A stretch of DNA of 27,357 nucleotides from a virus (Duplodnaviria > Caudoviricetes): positions 1-27,357 of the IMG/VR virus record IMGVR_UViG_3300027835_000021; one strand, 5' to 3'. A program made the position numbers and the translations under genes. Positions 26,068-27,357 of this stretch are shown piece by piece (the stretch's first letter is position 1; every line of letters begins with the position of its first letter). The notes below the pieces were generated by a model. The model was not told where the DNA came from. It saw only the letters and a list, made by a program, of their open reading frames with translations, and made no database searches.

Positions 26068-26245
26068 AACGCACTCCTTAGATGTGATATCCCCGACCAT
26101 GAATTTAGATATTCCCCTGATTTCGCTAACCTACGTTTGACGGCTTAATATTTTCGCCGGTAACGATTTTGGAGAGATAATCGTCAAAAACCGCCTCCAA
26201 TGACCAACCCCTCAAATTGCGGACCCGGGCGTCCATCCTGGAATA

Positions 26246-27142
26246 TCATGGGCTGTGCAGCGCCACCGGGGGTTCGGTGGGCAACTCGGTTGCCGGATCC
26301 AACAGGTATTCGTATTCGCCCAGGGGTTCCCGTCCATCCCGCCAGCGATCATCTTCCCAGATGAGCCGCCAGACCGTTGGAAACTCACCTAGGTCGAAAG
26401 TGGACCGGGCGACATGATGTTCCATCCTTCCATTGGGCCATTTCTGATCCCACGCAGGTGTGTCGATGCGGACAATGGGGAGGTTTGCTTTGGGAGCCTT
26501 CTCCCCTTTAAGCAAAAAGTTGGGGCAGCCTCCCTTGAGTCCCGTGGGTTGCCATACACCCGTAACAGGGATATCGTCTCCGTTCTTAACGTAGATGTCC
26601 AGGGCGAATGGATAGCCACCGATTTGGTTCGGAATTGGATATTTCGAAACATCAAATAATGGGTAGGACAATTGGCCCCAGAGTGCGCCTTCTATTTCAA
26701 GACTCATTGGAATGATCTTCTCCATCCAGGCCCAAAGCGCTTCGCCCGGAGCATCACTCCCATGATACCCTAGCGGGTCGAAATTCAAATCATCGGCTCG
26801 AAGATAAAACGGATTACGAAAACCCATCGCTCCCCGAAGAATCTTGAATCCCGTTAGGTCGGCTTTCCTTAACCGGGCCAAGCCTTCCCTTTGTTCCGCC
26901 AAGCATTCGTAACAGATTCGCAAGTAATCCGCAAACGTTCCCGGATCAGGAACTTTTGCAAGATAGGCTGCAAATCCTTTGGTAAACACCTCCAACATTT
27001 CCGTCAATCGATTGATGTAGGTAAGCGAGGTGTGACGGCAATACAGCCAATATGTTTTCCGAAGTGTCTCGTAGTCTGGAGCATAGGCCCCGTCCTTCAG
27101 AGGAATTTTGATGTCTCTAGGTATGGCCACGATTTTCCCCAT
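26246..27142 (-). CDS. Imm71/Imm72-like immunity protein
   Basis: YWLY.RHTS.TY near the N-terminus; C-terminal G..IPVTGVWQP...GCPNFL..G..AP and T.WRLIWEDDRW.DG pattern, recalled from the Imm72 family. Confidence 0.65.
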   Translation of the reverse strand: MGKIVAIPRDIKIPLKDGAYAPDYETLRKTYWLYCRHTSLTYINRLTEMLEVFTKGFAAYLAKVPDPGTFADYLRICYECLAEQREGLARLRKADLTGFKILRGAMGFRNPFYLRADDLNFDPLGYHGSDAPGEALWAWMEKIIPMSLEIEGALWGQLSYPLFDVSKYPIPNQIGGYPFALDIYVKNGDDIPVTGVWQPTGLKGGCPNFLLKGEKAPKANLPIVRIDTPAWDQKWPNGRMEHHVARSTFDLGEFPTVWRLIWEDDRWRDGREPLGEYEYLLDPATELPTEPPVALHSP

Positions 27143-27147
27143 GCATT

Positions 27148-27357
27148 TTAGGTGTCATCATTTCTCCTTTTGCGACTTCCCTTCTCGATCAAGGTTGCGG
27201 GAAGCCTATTCTTGCTTTCGATTTCGAACGGACCCAGAAAATTCGCTTCCGTTTCCTTCCTGGGCACGTTAAACGCATCGCTGTTGTAGTCGTCTGTCCA
27301 AGGTGTCCTTTCCACCTTGATTTCCATCCGCTTGATGAACTCTTCGTTGGTCAAGCC
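27148..27357 (-). CDS. C-terminal fragment of an upstream gene (possible cognate toxin), truncated by the window edge
   Basis: Frame is open to the window end; its stop lies 5 bp before the immunity start, whose AAGGAG SD lies within this ORF. Confidence 0.5.
   Translation of the reverse strand, partial: GLTNEEFIKRMEIKVERTPWTDDYNSDAFNVPRKETEANFLGPFEIESKNRLPATLIEKGSRKRRNDDT

Overview
Bases 1 to ~20.8 kb are the right part of a prophage, with all genes on the + strand. It has a lambda-type head module (portal, S49 protease with a nested scaffold start, decoration protein, gpE-type major capsid, head-tail joining) joined to a Mu-type contractile tail (DUF2635, sheath, tube, frameshifted chaperone, tape measure, gpN, gp44-gp48 baseplate, short fibre). 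A holin/M15 endolysin/holin lysis cassette follows, then a terminal accessory module: a ribbon-helix-helix gene and five small unknown genes behind two related promoters. From ~21 kb the genes switch to the - strand and look like host genes, probably Fibrobacterota-like: a secreted DUF1080 protein, a large Ig/beta-propeller lipoprotein and its partner, an Imm71/72-type immunity gene and a truncated upstream ORF. The most unusual elements are (i) a gp48-type baseplate protein carrying two tandem Cys-bracketed lectin-like domains at its N-terminus, and (ii) the RHH-controlled small-gene operon with a duplicated promoter/operator, a candidate anti-defence module. All family calls come from motif recognition and gene order, not from database searches.
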